NCBI GenBank assembly: GCA_963763775.1
Contig: CAVXPZ010000002.1
Span: 1 to 64,000, forward strand
Length of the DNA: 64,000 nt
DNA from: an uncultured Chloroflexia bacterium
Lineage (GTDB): Bacteria; Chloroflexota; Limnocylindria; Limnocylindrales; CSP1-4
Direction of reading: 5' to 3'
Shown: positions 1-10,988 of the stretch, one piece after another
Position numbering within the stretch: the first letter of the stretch is position 1
Layout: each line of letters opens with the position of its first letter
The notes under the pieces: model-generated
The model's database searches: none
What the model saw: only the letters and a program-made list of their open reading frames with translations
Told to the model about the DNA's origin: nothing
Translations under genes and position numbers: made by a program

Positions 1-83
1 CTCTCATGATTGCTGACAAGGGCCTTTGACATAGGATTTGGCCCGCCTCTTCCGATCGACGGCAGAGGCATTTGTACGACGGA

Positions 84-252
84 TATGCGGTGCAGGAGGC
101 GGGACTTAAACGTCGGTCAACAATCTCTCATCCGCGGGTCGAGCCGCATGACCTTGCTTCGTTTGGGGCTGCCTCAGTCTAGGTGGCGAGAGTCAAAGGC
201 TCATAGTGGAGACGAGGGCTCCCCGGCATTGTCCCACCCCCAGCGCCGCATA
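84..252 (-). ncRNA. Putative bridge RNA / seekRNA of the IS110 element
   Basis: 22-bp closing stem 84-105/231-252 (18 Watson-Crick, 2 G-U on the minus strand, 2 mismatches). Internal stem 165-179/211-224 and hairpin 134-147. Loop segments match the IS ends and the CTAG target. Confidence 0.7.
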
Positions 253-308
253 CCGCGCCGAGGCTGATCTTGTGTTTGTTATCTCCTCTTCTGGCTGTCA
301 AGTAAGGG

Positions 309-1411
309 TCATGCCGTTTTTGGCGCGGATTGAACCGTCCAGGCGATCGACCAGATGAAACCCACCATCTCGCGTGCGATGGCGACATTGACGACGTTGG
401 CGGTCTTGCCACGCGCGCTCAGCCGACGATATCGAGTGCAGAGCCGAAGTTGCGCTCTCCAGGCGATGTCGCGAACGACTTTTGGCAGAGCCTCGATCCG
501 ATCGACCTTATGACGACCGATGCGCGCCTTCATTCGGTAAGCCCAGGCGCCTTCGACCAGCGCGCGTCGGGCATGGGTGTTGCCGGTCTTGGTGATGCCG
601 CCGCGTCGGATGGTCTCGCCACTCGATCGCTCGCCCGGGATCAGGCCGAAATAGGCCATGAGCTGGCGCGGGTTTGCGAAGCGCGTGAAGTCGCCCACCT
701 CCGCGACCAGCACCACGGCTGTGATCAGGCGATCCCCGCATCGCCTGCAAGGCGTCGACAACCGGGCGCAGATTCCATTCGGGGAGGAGGCTATCTGCTC
801 CTCGACTCGCTGCAGACGCCGCTCCGCATCCATGACGGCGTCGACATAGTCCTGAAAGGCGATCTGCTGAGCAGGATGTTCGAAGGCCAAAGTCGATAGC
901 CATCGCCGGTAAGCCATTCGCCATGCCGTCCCACGCCCATGCTTCCGACCGTGACGCGGGAGAAACCTTGAAGATGTTGCCGCGCGCGCGTCACGATGTG
1001 CCGGACGACGCTGCGCAGCCGGATTAGGTCGCGCATGGCTTCATGATCGGCGTCGGCACCCAGACGGCGTCAACTCTCCGGCCCGATGAAGACGGGCGAG
1101 CATGGTGGCGTCGCGACGATTTGTCTTCACCCGGTCGCCCGCCTTCGTTGGGATCAACGATGGCGCCACCACGTCACATCGATGACCAAAGCTTGTGAGT
1201 TGGCGATGAATGCCGTAGCCGCACGGTCCCGCCTCGTAGCAAAACGCCAATGGCTTGCCGGGCCGCCGAAGACGGTCGCAGAGCTTGCGGATGGCGCCAG
1301 GATCATTGGCAATCTCGCCAAGGTGATTCGCCGCCGGACCGCCCGCTTCCGCCACCGCGATCGGATTCGCTCTTTGTGAATATCCAAGCCAACAAATCGG
1401 GTATTTTTCAT
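309..1411 (-). pseudogene. IS110-family transposase (DEDD RuvC-like + Tnp20 domain), split over several frames
   Basis: Pieces: FVGLDIHK, CYEAGPCGY, KTNRRDA, AEVGDFTRFANPRQLMAYFGLIPGERSSG, GGITKTGN, VAIAREM. About five frameshifts, either real decay or sequencing error. Confidence 0.9.
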
Positions 1412-1517
1412 TCGGCCCGTCTCCTATGCATGAGGCTCTGTGCCGGCCAGCCGGCTTAACCCTCGTACCGGTGCATATCGGATGACGGGCCACTTCAGGC
1501 CCAGCAATCATAAGGTC

Positions 1518-3416
1518 TAGCCTGTGGCGGGCGAGATGCTCCGGAGATGGCTGTCTTGGCGCGAAAACGAGACGATTTGGGTCAACCCCCCGTTTGACCG
1601 CTTCGGCGCGAAGGTTGTCCTTGACGAGAACATTCGTCTCCAAGAGCCACAGCACGCTTCCCGGGATAGCGGTCAAGAGGCGCATCCAGATGCCGAAAAA
1701 CTCCGGCGTGATCTTGTAGGTATTGTTGAATGAGCAAAATACGAATCCCTGATCTGGAAGACCACATCCGGCGCGCGTCGGCGCGATGTTGGAAATCAGC
1801 CTCTTGCTGTCGTTTGGCTGGTAGCAATGCGGTAGATGGACGATATTTTCAGTGTAAAAAGGCTGCTGACTCATCGGTAACACAAAGGGATCAGCGATCA
1901 CATAGTCGATAAAACTGGCACCCATGGTTCCTGGAAAGCCAACGAAGCTCACCTGTAAGGGAGCTGGTCTTTGAGCGGCAATCCCAGTTCGCGCTCCTTT
2001 CGTGTATCCCTTCAATTCAACGAGAATATCAATTCGATCAGTTTTTATGCGTTTTGCCGCTTCAGTGTCCGTCATCTCCCGAAGATCAACGAATTCATGG
2101 AAGGCGCGCCGCAGCCGCACGCTGAGTTCACTGTGGTCCTCAGGACCGTGCGAATAAGCAAAAATCTCGAAACTAGAGTTGTCGTGGCACTCAAAGAACT
2201 CGGCCATGAGAAGCGCGGTCGCGTGGCGACAGAAATCGGCCGATAAATATCCTATTCTCAGCTTCCTGGAGCCCGCATATTCTTCCCGACTGTGTTCGAA
2301 TGGGTGTGGCTGCAAAAAACTTGCCGCGTAGGATTGCGCGACGCGAAGTTGTTCTTCCGCGCTCAGTTCCATGCTAAGGAGCGGGAAGGGATGAATGAGT
2401 TCGTGTGTCGAGGCAATCAGAGTACGAAGTTCGCGTTCATCGGCCTCAATCCCCTCCCAATCGCATGCTAGCCGCCGTTTGTGACAAAGCCAAACGCGAA
2501 TGGCTAGTAGCTTCGGGTTGATCTCGACGGCGGTACGGTAGGCCTCTATCGCCTCCTTAAGCCTACCCAGACTTTCGAGTGCTGCGCCCATATTGGCGTG
2601 TGCTTCGGCAAGATCCGGACGTAAAATAAGGGCCTGGTGGTAAGCCTCGACCGCATCTTCAAAGGCTTCCTGGCCTTGCAAGACATTCCCTAGATTGGTG
2701 TAAGCTTCGGCGAAATCTGGACGCAGTGCCAGCGCCCTCCGGTAGGCGTTAGCGGAGTCGTCCGGCTTGCCTAACTCCTTCAAAATGTTGCCGAGACAGA
2801 AATAGGATTCGGCCGAATCTGGACGCTGTTTGATGATGTGCTCGCACACCACAATCGCCTCCCCACACCGGCTAAGCTTGCGGAGCACATTAGCGCAATT
2901 CGTATGGGCTTCGACAAAACCGGGATTGAGCGACGCGGCTTGCCGATAGGCGGCGAGCGCGTCGTCGAGACGGCCCTGGTCCTCTAACGCATTGCCCAAA
3001 TTGGAATAGGCTTGTGCAAATTCCGGGGCGATGGCGATAGCTTTCCGGGTCGCGGAAAGCGCAGCTTCAGTATTGCCGAGCGCGCGATGAACCGCACCGA
3101 GATTGGAGAGGGCTTCAACATAATCTGGTTTGGCGGCAAGTGCCTGCTCGATCCACCTCGCGGCGGCTGTATGCTCTCCTCGCTGGTGAGCGATCAGACC
3201 CAGATGATGAAGGCCAACAAAGTGTTCAGGTATGCGGGTTAAGATCTCGGCATAGGCCGCCTCCGCCTCTGCGTAGCGGCCGGCGCGAAAATATTCGAGG
3301 GCGTTCGCAAGGAGTTCCCCCTCTGCAAATGACTGCGCCAGATGTCCGGGCGCTATTTCTCCCTTTTCCCGCCTGTGCTCGCTAATCCCTACTGTCATCG
3401 CCGTCCTTGCTTCCAT
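1518..3416 (-). pseudogene. TPR-repeat O-GlcNAc transferase (GT41/SPINDLY family), C-terminus interrupted by IS110
   Basis: Many TPR repeats, then LRIGYLSADFCRHAT, DILVELKGYT and FCSFNNTYKITP. The expected 'HLARHRLADLFLDT' stops after HRL at the IS junction. Confidence 0.88.
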
Positions 3417-3902
3417 TTAGTTTGAAGGCGCAAGGAATAGGCTCGCGGGCTTGCGTCAAGCGTGCGTAGACATGCGTTCAGTTTCATCCAGTCCAGATAC
3501 ACGCTCGAGGTATGACTGCAAAGCTAGCCTCAGGACTCGTGATTGGAGCAGGAGTGGAAATATGGCCAACATACAGATACTTGCGCGCTCACATCATCCC
3601 AAGCAGAATGTGAGCAATTTGCTGGCCGCTTATTCTTCTACCGTTGCCTTCTATAAAGGTTTGGTAGGGGTTCGATTGACGGCATTACCAAAGGTTAAGC
3701 TTTCTTGACTTTTTTACCGGGAAACGCCTAAATGACCACCTCCTTCTTTTGAGGGTGGTTGCAAGCGAGCCGGTTTGTCCTTTGCGGCAAGCGGTGAACG
3801 CTCAGCGGCGCGTTGCGCTCCTGGGCGCGTTTGCTATTGCAGAATGTGCTAAAGTTCGAGAAATTACCGCCTCTGATGTGGTGAGGCTTAAAGGTTAAGC
3901 GC

Positions 3903-5466
3903 ATGTTCGAAGGGCTTTCGGAAAAGCTCTCTGGAATTCTGGATAAACTGACGCGTCGTGGCGCGCTCTCGGAAGAAGACGTGAGTCTCGCACTGCGCGA
4001 GGTTCGCCGCGCCCTTCTTGAAGCCGACGTTGCGCTCGACGTCGTTCGCTCCTTTGTGGACAAGGTGCGTGCTCGCGCTGTCGGCGCCAATGTCGTCAAA
4101 TCAGTGACGCCCGGCCAGATGGTCGTGAAGATCGTCAATGACGTCTTGATCGAAACGCTCGGCGCCGATGCCGACCCTATCAATCTCGATGCAGCTCCGC
4201 CTGTCGCTATCATGATGGTCGGCCTACAAGGCGCGGGCAAAACGACCACTGCTGCCAAAATAGCCAAGCGGCTTTCCGAAAAAATGAAGCGCAAGGTCTT
4301 GATGGCCTCGCTCGATGTGAAACGGCCGGCCGCGCAAGAGCAGCTCGCCGTGCTTGGCCGCCAGGTCGATATCGATACTTTGCCGATCATCGTCGGCCAG
4401 ACTCCTGTCCAGATTGCCAAACGCGCGGAACAGGCGGCGCGTTTGCAAGGCTATGATGTCGTTATCCTCGACACGGCCGGGCGCACCCATATCGACGAAG
4501 CTCTGATGGCCGAGATGGCTGAGATCAAGGCGGCATCGCAACCGCATGAGATCTTGCTTGTCGCTGACAGCCTCACCGGTCAGGACGCGGTTCATCTCGC
4601 GAAAAGCTTCGATGATCGTGTCGGCATCACCGGCATCGTGCTGACGCGGATCGATGGCGACGGACGTGGCGGCGCTGCGCTGTCCATGCGTGCTGTCACC
4701 GGCAAACCGATCAAGCTGCTTGGGACCGGCGAGAAGATGGACGCGCTGGAGGATTTCCATCCATCCCGTATCGCTAATCGCATTCTCGGCATGGGCGACA
4801 TCGTTTCGCTCGTCGAAAAAGCAGCCGAGTCAATCGATGCTGAGCAGGCACGCCGCGCCACTGAGCGGATGCGCAAGGGAAAGTTCGATCTTGAGGACCT
4901 CTTGGATCAGCTCGCCCAAGTCGAGAAGATCGGCGGCCTCGGAGGCATCATGGGGATGCTGCCGGGGGTCGCCAAGATGAAGAGTCAGCTTGCCTCCGCC
5001 AACATCGATGATCGTATCATCAAACGCCAGCGCGCGATGATTTACTCGATGACGCGCGAGGAGCGCCGCAATCCCGACCTGCTCAAGGCGTCGCGCAAAA
5101 GGCGCATCGCGGCCGGGTCCGGGGTCAAGGTCGAGGATATTAACAAGCTCTTGAAACAGCACCGTCAAATGGCCGATATGATGAAGGCGATGGGGGGCAC
5201 CAAGCGAGGCGGCGCGATGGGGAAAATGGCCTCGATGCTCGGACTTCCGGCAGGTATGCCGCAACCGACGCCGGAGCAGATAGCCGCCATGCAAAAACAA
5301 ATGGGGCAAAAGCACGTTGCCTCGGCGCCGCAATCCGGATCGCATGGGCATGCTCCGAAAAATCTGGCGATCGGAACCGGGGAAACACCAAAATTACCTG
5401 GTCTCGGCGGCAGGCGGCGGCGGCGGCCTTTTGAGCGGGCTCAGTCCCTTCGGAAAGAAGAAATGA
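3903..5466 (+). CDS. ffh: Signal recognition particle protein Ffh (probable frameshift near 5410; natural end PFGKKK*)
   Basis: GLQGAGKTT, DTAGR, DGDGRGGAALS and the M-domain SRKRRIAAGSG. An alternative frame gives GGGGLLSGLSPFGKKK-TGA at 5464-5466. Confidence 0.97.
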
Positions 5467-5687
5467 TGGCCGGGCCGACTTTCTCTTCATAGCGTATCAA
5501 CCAACTAGGCGCACACGAGCTCGATCGCATCGGGCAGAGGCTCGATGACGTCATCATGCGGCTAGACCCTGTCGAGCGAACCGTCGCCAACCATTCCGAG
5601 GAACTTGCCGGGATCAATAGCAAGCTCGATTGCCTTGACGCGCAAACCACTCGGATCGAAAAACGGCTCGACATTGTCGAGGGTTAA
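5463..5687 (+). pseudogene. Small coiled-coil hypothetical ORF with an internal TAG
   Basis: ATG overlaps the ffh TGA. Reads MMAGPTFSS*RINQLGAHELDRIGQRLDDVIMRLDPVER...IEKRLDIVEG-TAA, with a heptad pattern. Confidence 0.4.
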
Positions 5688-5716
5688 TCATCAATCATCG
5701 TTGAAAGGAAAACACA

Positions 5717-6064
5717 ATGCCATTGAAAATTCGTCTGTCACGCGGGGGCGCCAAAAAGCGGCCGTTCTACCGTGTCGTTGTTGCCGATTCCCGGATGCCA
5801 CGCGATGGGAGATTCATCGAGCGTCTCGGCACTTTCGATCCCTTGAAGGCGAAGGATGCGGAGGGTCGCGTCGTGCTTGACCAGGACAAGGCTAAAGCTT
5901 GGATCGCCAAGGGCGCACAGCCGACCGACCGCGTCGCCCGCCTGCTCGACGGTCTCGGCGTTCTGACGCGAGAGCAGCACAGCAATCCCAAAAAGGCATT
6001 GCCAAAGAAAAAGGCGCAGGAACGCGCCGCTGCGGCAGACAAGGCGGCCGCATCGCCGGCCTGA
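5717..6064 (+). CDS. rpsP: 30S ribosomal protein S16
   Basis: [35 protein letters not shown]; conserved operon order. Confidence 0.98.
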   Translation: MPLKIRLSRGGAKKRPFYRVVVADSRMPRDGRFIERLGTFDPLKAKDAEGRVVLDQDKAKAWIAKGAQPTDRVARLLDGLGVLTREQHSNPKKALPKKKAQERAAAADKAAASPA

Positions 6065-6082
6065 TCGAAGGCTTAGTGTGCG

Positions 6083-6610
6083 ATGGTCAAGGATCTTATC
6101 CTCGTTGGCCGGTTTGGCGCCCCACATGGCGTCGGCGGCGATTTGCGGCTCCAATCTTTCACCGGCGTTCCATGTGAGATCGCTGCTTACAAGCCTCTAC
6201 TGGATGAAAGCGGCACTCGACAATTCTCGATTGTCAGCCTGCGTCCGGTGAAGGACTCGTTGTTCGTGGTCAAGATCGCGGGAGTTGCCAACCGCGAGAG
6301 TGCCGCAGCCTTGACCAATGCATCGCTCTATGTGCCGCGCGATGCTTTGCCGGACGCTGGGGAGGAGGAATTTTATCTCACCGATTTGATCGGTATGTCG
6401 GCATTCACTCAAGCGGGCGAGGCATTTGGCCGTGTCATCGATGTCCTGAATTTCGGGGGCGGGGATATTTTGGAAATTGCCCGCGCCAGCAGCGGCGAGA
6501 CTTTTTTTTTGCCGTTCAAAAAGGAAATTTTTCCGCATATTGATCTTAAGACTGGATGTTTGACTCTCGTGCCACCCGTCGAGATCGAAGCAAAACCGCT
6601 AGAGGGCTGA
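6083..6610 (+). CDS. rimM: Ribosome maturation factor RimM
   Basis: VGRFGAPHGVGG, EEFYLTDLIG, NFGGGDILEI; lies between rpsP and trmD. Confidence 0.95.
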   Translation: MVKDLILVGRFGAPHGVGGDLRLQSFTGVPCEIAAYKPLLDESGTRQFSIVSLRPVKDSLFVVKIAGVANRESAAALTNASLYVPRDALPDAGEEEFYLTDLIGMSAFTQAGEAFGRVIDVLNFGGGDILEIARASSGETFFLPFKKEIFPHIDLKTGCLTLVPPVEIEAKPLEG

Positions 6611-6616
6611 ACCGGA

Positions 6617-7144
6617 ATGTGGACCGCAACGGTCTTCACCCTGTTTCCGGAGATGTTTCCGGGGCCTCTTGGCGTATCCCTCGCGGGCGAGGGGCTATCT
6701 CGCGATATTTGGTCAATGGAAGCGCGCGATATCCGGGCCCATGGAATTGGACGGCATCGCGCTGTCGATGATACCCCAGCGGGTGGCGGCCCCGGCATGG
6801 TGATCCGCGCCGATGTGCTGAGCGCAAGCCTCGACGCTGGGCTTGATCGAGCCGATTCTAGACCCCGTCTGCTACTCAGCGCGCGTGGCATTCCTTTCAC
6901 CCAGGCACGTGCTCGGGCACTCGCTTCGGGCCAGGGAGTGGTGCTGATCTGCGGGCGGTTCGAGGGCGTCGATGAGCGCATCATTGCAGCGCGGGGTCTC
7001 GAGGAAATCTCAATCGGCGATTATGTGCTTTCTGGCGGCGAGATAGCAGCGATGGCGATATGCGATGCTTGCATTCGGCTGTTGCCTGGTGTGATGGGCG
7101 CGGAAGCGTCCGGCGTCGAGGAAAGTTTCGAGGCGGGACTGTGA
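6617..7144 (+). CDS. trmD: tRNA (guanine37-N1) methyltransferase TrmD, truncated at the segment junction
   Basis: [41 protein letters not shown]. Ends at ESFEAGL*, lacking LEYPQYTRP. Confidence 0.95.
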   Translation: MWTATVFTLFPEMFPGPLGVSLAGEGLSRDIWSMEARDIRAHGIGRHRAVDDTPAGGGPGMVIRADVLSASLDAGLDRADSRPRLLLSARGIPFTQARARALASGQGVVLICGRFEGVDERIIAARGLEEISIGDYVLSGGEIAAMAICDACIRLLPGVMGAEASGVEESFEAGL

Positions 7145-8336
7145 TCCCCGTGGCGAACCCGGCCTCGCACAGCGCGAGGTAGTACTCCCACGTCCGGATG
7201 AACCGTTCGTCGAAGCCCTGGGCTCGCACGGCGTCGAGCTGGCCCATGAAGCGCGTCCGCCAGGCTCGCAGCGTCCTGGCGTAGCTCGGTCCGATGTCGC
7301 GGACCTCGCGGACGAGGAGCTGTGTCCCGTGCAGCGAGCGCTCGATGACCGCGAGGGACGGGCACAGCCCACCCGGGAAGATGTACGTCTGGATCCAGTT
7401 CGCGCCGCGGCGCTGGGTCTCGTAGGCGACGTCGGGAAACGTGATGACCTGGAGGCTCATCCGCCCGCCGGGCCGGAGCGCGCGGTCGCACGCCTCGAAG
7501 TAGGCGCGGTGGTACTCGGCGCCGACCGCCTCGAGCATCTCGATCGAGACGACCGCGTCGTAGGTGCCCTCGATGTCGCGGTAGTCGCGGAGCTGGATGT
7601 CCACGAGGTGCTCCAGGCCGGCGGCCCGCACCCGCTCGCGCGCGAGGGCATGCTGGGCCGGCGAGATCGTGACGGACGTCACGCGACAACCCAGCTCGCC
7701 CGCCGCGTAGAGAGCGAACCCGCCCCAGCCGGACCCGATCTCGAGGACGTGCTGCCCGCGTTCGAGGCCGGCCTGCTCGGCGATCCGGCGGTACTTGGCC
7801 CGCTGCGCGTCCGCGAGCGACTGGTCCGGCGTCTCGAACACGGCGCTCGAGTAGGTCATGGTCTCGTCGAGGAAGAGCCGGTAGAAGTCGTTGCCGAGGT
7901 CGTAGTGCGCGGTGATGTTCTTCCGAGACCCCGTCTTCGTGTTCCGGCGCGCGCGGTGCGCCAGCGTCCGCGGCAGCTGGAGGGCGGAGCGCCACCAGCC
8001 CTGGGTGAGGGCCATCGCCGAGCGGTTGACGGCCGCGAGCTCGATGAGCGCGGCGAGGTCCGGCGAGGACCACAGCCCGTCCATGTACGCCTCACCGGCA
8101 CCGGTCTCGCCGTGGAGCAGGATCCGCACGGCTGCCGCGGCGTCGTGGATCCGGATCTCACCGCGACGGTCGGACGCGGCGTCGCCGAAGACGCGTCGCG
8201 TGCCGTCGGGCAGGACGACGGTCAGGCAGCCGACCTGGATCCGCGATGCGGCGGCCAGGCCGATGCGCTCGGCCAGGCCCGAGATCGTGCGGTCCGACAG
8301 GCTCGCGATCGGACGGACGGGGGCGCGGACGTTCAT
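7141..8336 (-). CDS. cfa: Cyclopropane-fatty-acyl-phospholipid synthase family methyltransferase, C-terminus cut at the junction
   Basis: [56 protein letters not shown]. Confidence 0.92.
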
Positions 8337-9139
8337 CGGGCCACCTCCCGGGCGGACGACGCGGCGACCGGCGCGGCATGGGCGGACGTCGCGGCCGTGC
8401 GCCGGGCGGCCAGGCCGTGCCGCTGGAACGGGATGCCACGCCGCCACAGGTGGAACGCATGCCAATGGATGAGGCCGATGGTCCGCTGGGGCATCAGCGG
8501 GTGCCGCAGCAGCATCCGCAGGGCGGACCGGTCCGAGAGTCGTCGGCGCTCCAGCACGAGGCTCGTCGTGAGGAGCGGGGCGTCGCCTCGTCGTTCGTTG
8601 ATCGCGATGCACAGGCGGGTCGGGTCGTCCTGCACGTGCACGGTGTACTGGCCCTCCATATCGATGAACGGCGAGACGTAGAAGTCCTTCTCCATCGAGG
8701 CCGTGAAACGCGGGCCTCCGGCGCGCGGGCGCAGGGTGTAGAGGTGGCGCTCCAGATGCGTGTTATGCACCTCCACGATGACGACGCGCAACTCGCCCGC
8801 GCCGTCTCGGCACAGGTAGAAGCTGGCCGGGTTGAAGACGTACCCGAAGACCCGCAGGTTCGTCACCAGCGTGATCCGCCACCCGGTCGGATCCTCGCCC
8901 TCCGCCCGAAGGTGGGCCAGGACCGTGTCTCGCAGGTCGGACGCCGGCACGGGCCAGTGGTCGTCGTCGCGGAACACGAGCGCGTTCCGTCGGTTCCGGC
9001 TCACGAGGCGCAGCGAGCGGTCGACCTCGTCGAGCTCGGCAAGGTCCAACGCGGCGTAGTAGACGTCGTGTTCGAGGGCATAGACCACCGGCCGCGAGCG
9101 ACGATGGCGGACCTTGCCTTCCAGCAGGTGGGACCTCAT
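8333..9139 (-). CDS. DUF1365 family protein
   Basis: [43 protein letters not shown]. Confidence 0.9.
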   Translation of the reverse strand: MRSHLLEGKVRHRRSRPVVYALEHDVYYAALDLAELDEVDRSLRLVSRNRRNALVFRDDDHWPVPASDLRDTVLAHLRAEGEDPTGWRITLVTNLRVFGYVFNPASFYLCRDGAGELRVVIVEVHNTHLERHLYTLRPRAGGPRFTASMEKDFYVSPFIDMEGQYTVHVQDDPTRLCIAINERRGDAPLLTTSLVLERRRLSDRSALRMLLRHPLMPQRTIGLIHWHAFHLWRRGIPFQRHGLAARRTAATSAHAAPVAASSAREVAR

Positions 9140-10439
9140 GCCGCCTGCTCCTCGGCCTCGTCGCCGCCGCGCTGGAGCGTCGCGAGGCGACTGGAGTCGC
9201 TCGACGGCCTCGAACCCGGAGCGGCAGCCGTCCTCGTGGAACCCGTAGCCGAGGTGGGCGCCCGCGTAGAAGGTGCGCCGGTGGCCCTGCAACCGCCCGA
9301 TCGCCGCCTGCGCCTCGAGCGATCGGAACGTGTAGAGCGGATGGCTGAACGCGCGCGCGAGGATGACCCGCTCGTCGCGGACCAGGTCGCCCGGATTGAC
9401 CGACACGAAGTACTGGGTCGGCCCGGCGAGGGCCTGGAGGCGGTTCATGTGATAGGTCATCGTGACGGCGGTCCCGGGCGGGTCGCAGGCCGCCTGGTCG
9501 ACGTTCCACGACGCCCACGCGTCGCGGCGGGACGGCATCGCGCGCTCGTCCGTGTGGAGCACGACTTGATTGTGGTTGTACTCGAAGCCGTCGAGGGCGG
9601 CGCGCTCCGCGAGGTCCGCGTCGTGCAGGAGCCCGAGGGCCTGGTCCGCATGGGTCGCCAGCACGACGGCGTCGAACCGCTCGTGCGAGCCGGACGCGGT
9701 CCGGACCACCGCGCCGCTCTCGTCGCGGAGCACGGCCGTGACCGGGTCGCCGGCACGTAGCGCGCCCGTCGGCAACGTCGCGAGCAGCCGGTCCACGTAG
9801 CGGCGCGAGCCACCGCTGACCGTCCGCCACGGCAGCGCTCGGCCGACGCCGATCAACCCGTGGTTGTCGAGGAACCGGAGGAGGTAGTCGACCGGGTAGT
9901 CCAGCGTCCGGCCCGGCGCCGTCGACCACACGGCCGCGGTGATCGGGGTCAGGAAGTGGTCCCGGAACGCGGGCGCCGAACCGGCGGTCGTCGAGGTACT
10001 CGCCGAGGGTCAGGCCCGTGGGGACCGGCGCATCGAGGATGGCGCGCGCGTCACGGTAGAACCGAAGGATGTCCGGGAACATCCGCAGGTAGGACGGACG
10101 GGCCAGGAGGCCGCGCTGGGCGAAGAACCCGCGCACGCCGCGCGAGCCGAACTCCACGCCACAGGCGTGGCAGGTCGAGGCGAAGGACATGTCGCTCGGC
10201 TGCGTCGCGACACCGAGGTCCGCGAACAGGCCGACCAGCCGCGGGTAGGTCGGCTCGTTGTAGACGATGAACCCGGTGTCGATATCGACCGGGCCGTTCG
10301 GCGCGTCCACGGTGACGGTCGCCACGTGCCCGCCGGGCGTGCCCTCCCGCTCGTAGAGCGTCACCGCATGGCCGTCGCGGTTCGCCGCGAAGGCGGCCGT
10401 GAGGCCGCTGACACCCGACCCGACGATCGCGACCCTCAT
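9136..10439 (-). CDS. FAD-dependent oxidoreductase / fatty-acid desaturase-like (frameshifts near 9970 and 9190)
   Basis: [46 protein letters not shown]. Confidence 0.88.
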
Positions 10440-10891
10440 CGCCCGGCCGCCGTGGCGCGTTCGTCGAGGGCGCGCTGCATCCCGCCGAGCGCGTCCTTCG
10501 CGATCTTCTCGAACGCGCCCCCGGCGAACGGCGCCACGAGCCGCATCCAGCCGCCGAGCTGGATGTCGGCGGTGTAGTCGATGCTGGTGCCCCCACCGGG
10601 CAGTGGCGCGAAGCGGATCTCATCGACGGCCGAGACGTTGGACCCCGCGCCCGTCAACACGACCCGGGTCGTCGGCTCGTAGGTCGTGATGCGGTACTGC
10701 ATCGGGGCGACTCGGCCGCGCATCCGGACACCCAGCACATACGTCGCTCCCAGGCCGACGGGGCCGGGATCGAGCCGCTCGGATGTGGCAACACCGGGGT
10801 CCCAGTGCTGCGCGTTGGCGAAGTCCGCGACGAACGCGAACGCGTCCTCGACGGGCAGGGGCGTCTGGATGGTCTCGTGCAATCGGGTCAT
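10436..10891 (-). CDS. SRPBCC family protein
   Basis: [18 protein letters not shown]; coupled to the downstream gene by an ATGA overlap. Confidence 0.85.
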   Translation of the reverse strand: MTRLHETIQTPLPVEDAFAFVADFANAQHWDPGVATSERLDPGPVGLGATYVLGVRMRGRVAPMQYRITTYEPTTRVVLTGAGSNVSAVDEIRFAPLPGGGTSIDYTADIQLGGWMRLVAPFAGGAFEKIAKDALGGMQRALDERATAAGR

Positions 10892-10988
10892 GGCGGGTTG
10901 CGTCTCCTCGGTCCGTCTGGGGGACCGTCTACCCGTCCATACGCAGCCGGGACCGATCCGGACGGGTCCGACCAACGAAGATGGGTCG

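Larger units (their letters stand above)
1..1520 (-). mobile_element. IS110-family insertion sequence with a long 3' non-coding end and sub-terminal inverted repeats; far end at or just beyond the window edge
   Basis: Transposase at 309-1411. Inverted repeat ATGATTGCTG (6-15) / CAGCAATCAT (1502-1511), extending to 12/13 over 3-15 vs 1502-1514. The OGT frame is broken at CTAG 1517-1520. Confidence 0.88.

Noticed and set aside
1041-3416. 791-aa OGT-transposase fusion ORF
   Set aside because: Read-through from the interrupted OGT across the IS end into a frameshifted transposase frame.
6981-8612. 543-aa ORF overlapping trmD
   Set aside because: It is cfa (start 8336) running across the chimeric junction into antisense trmD.
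8333-9931. Desaturase-DUF1365 fusion
   Set aside because: Frameshift near 9190; the natural end EAEEQAA-TGA overlaps the DUF1365 ATG at 9136-9139.
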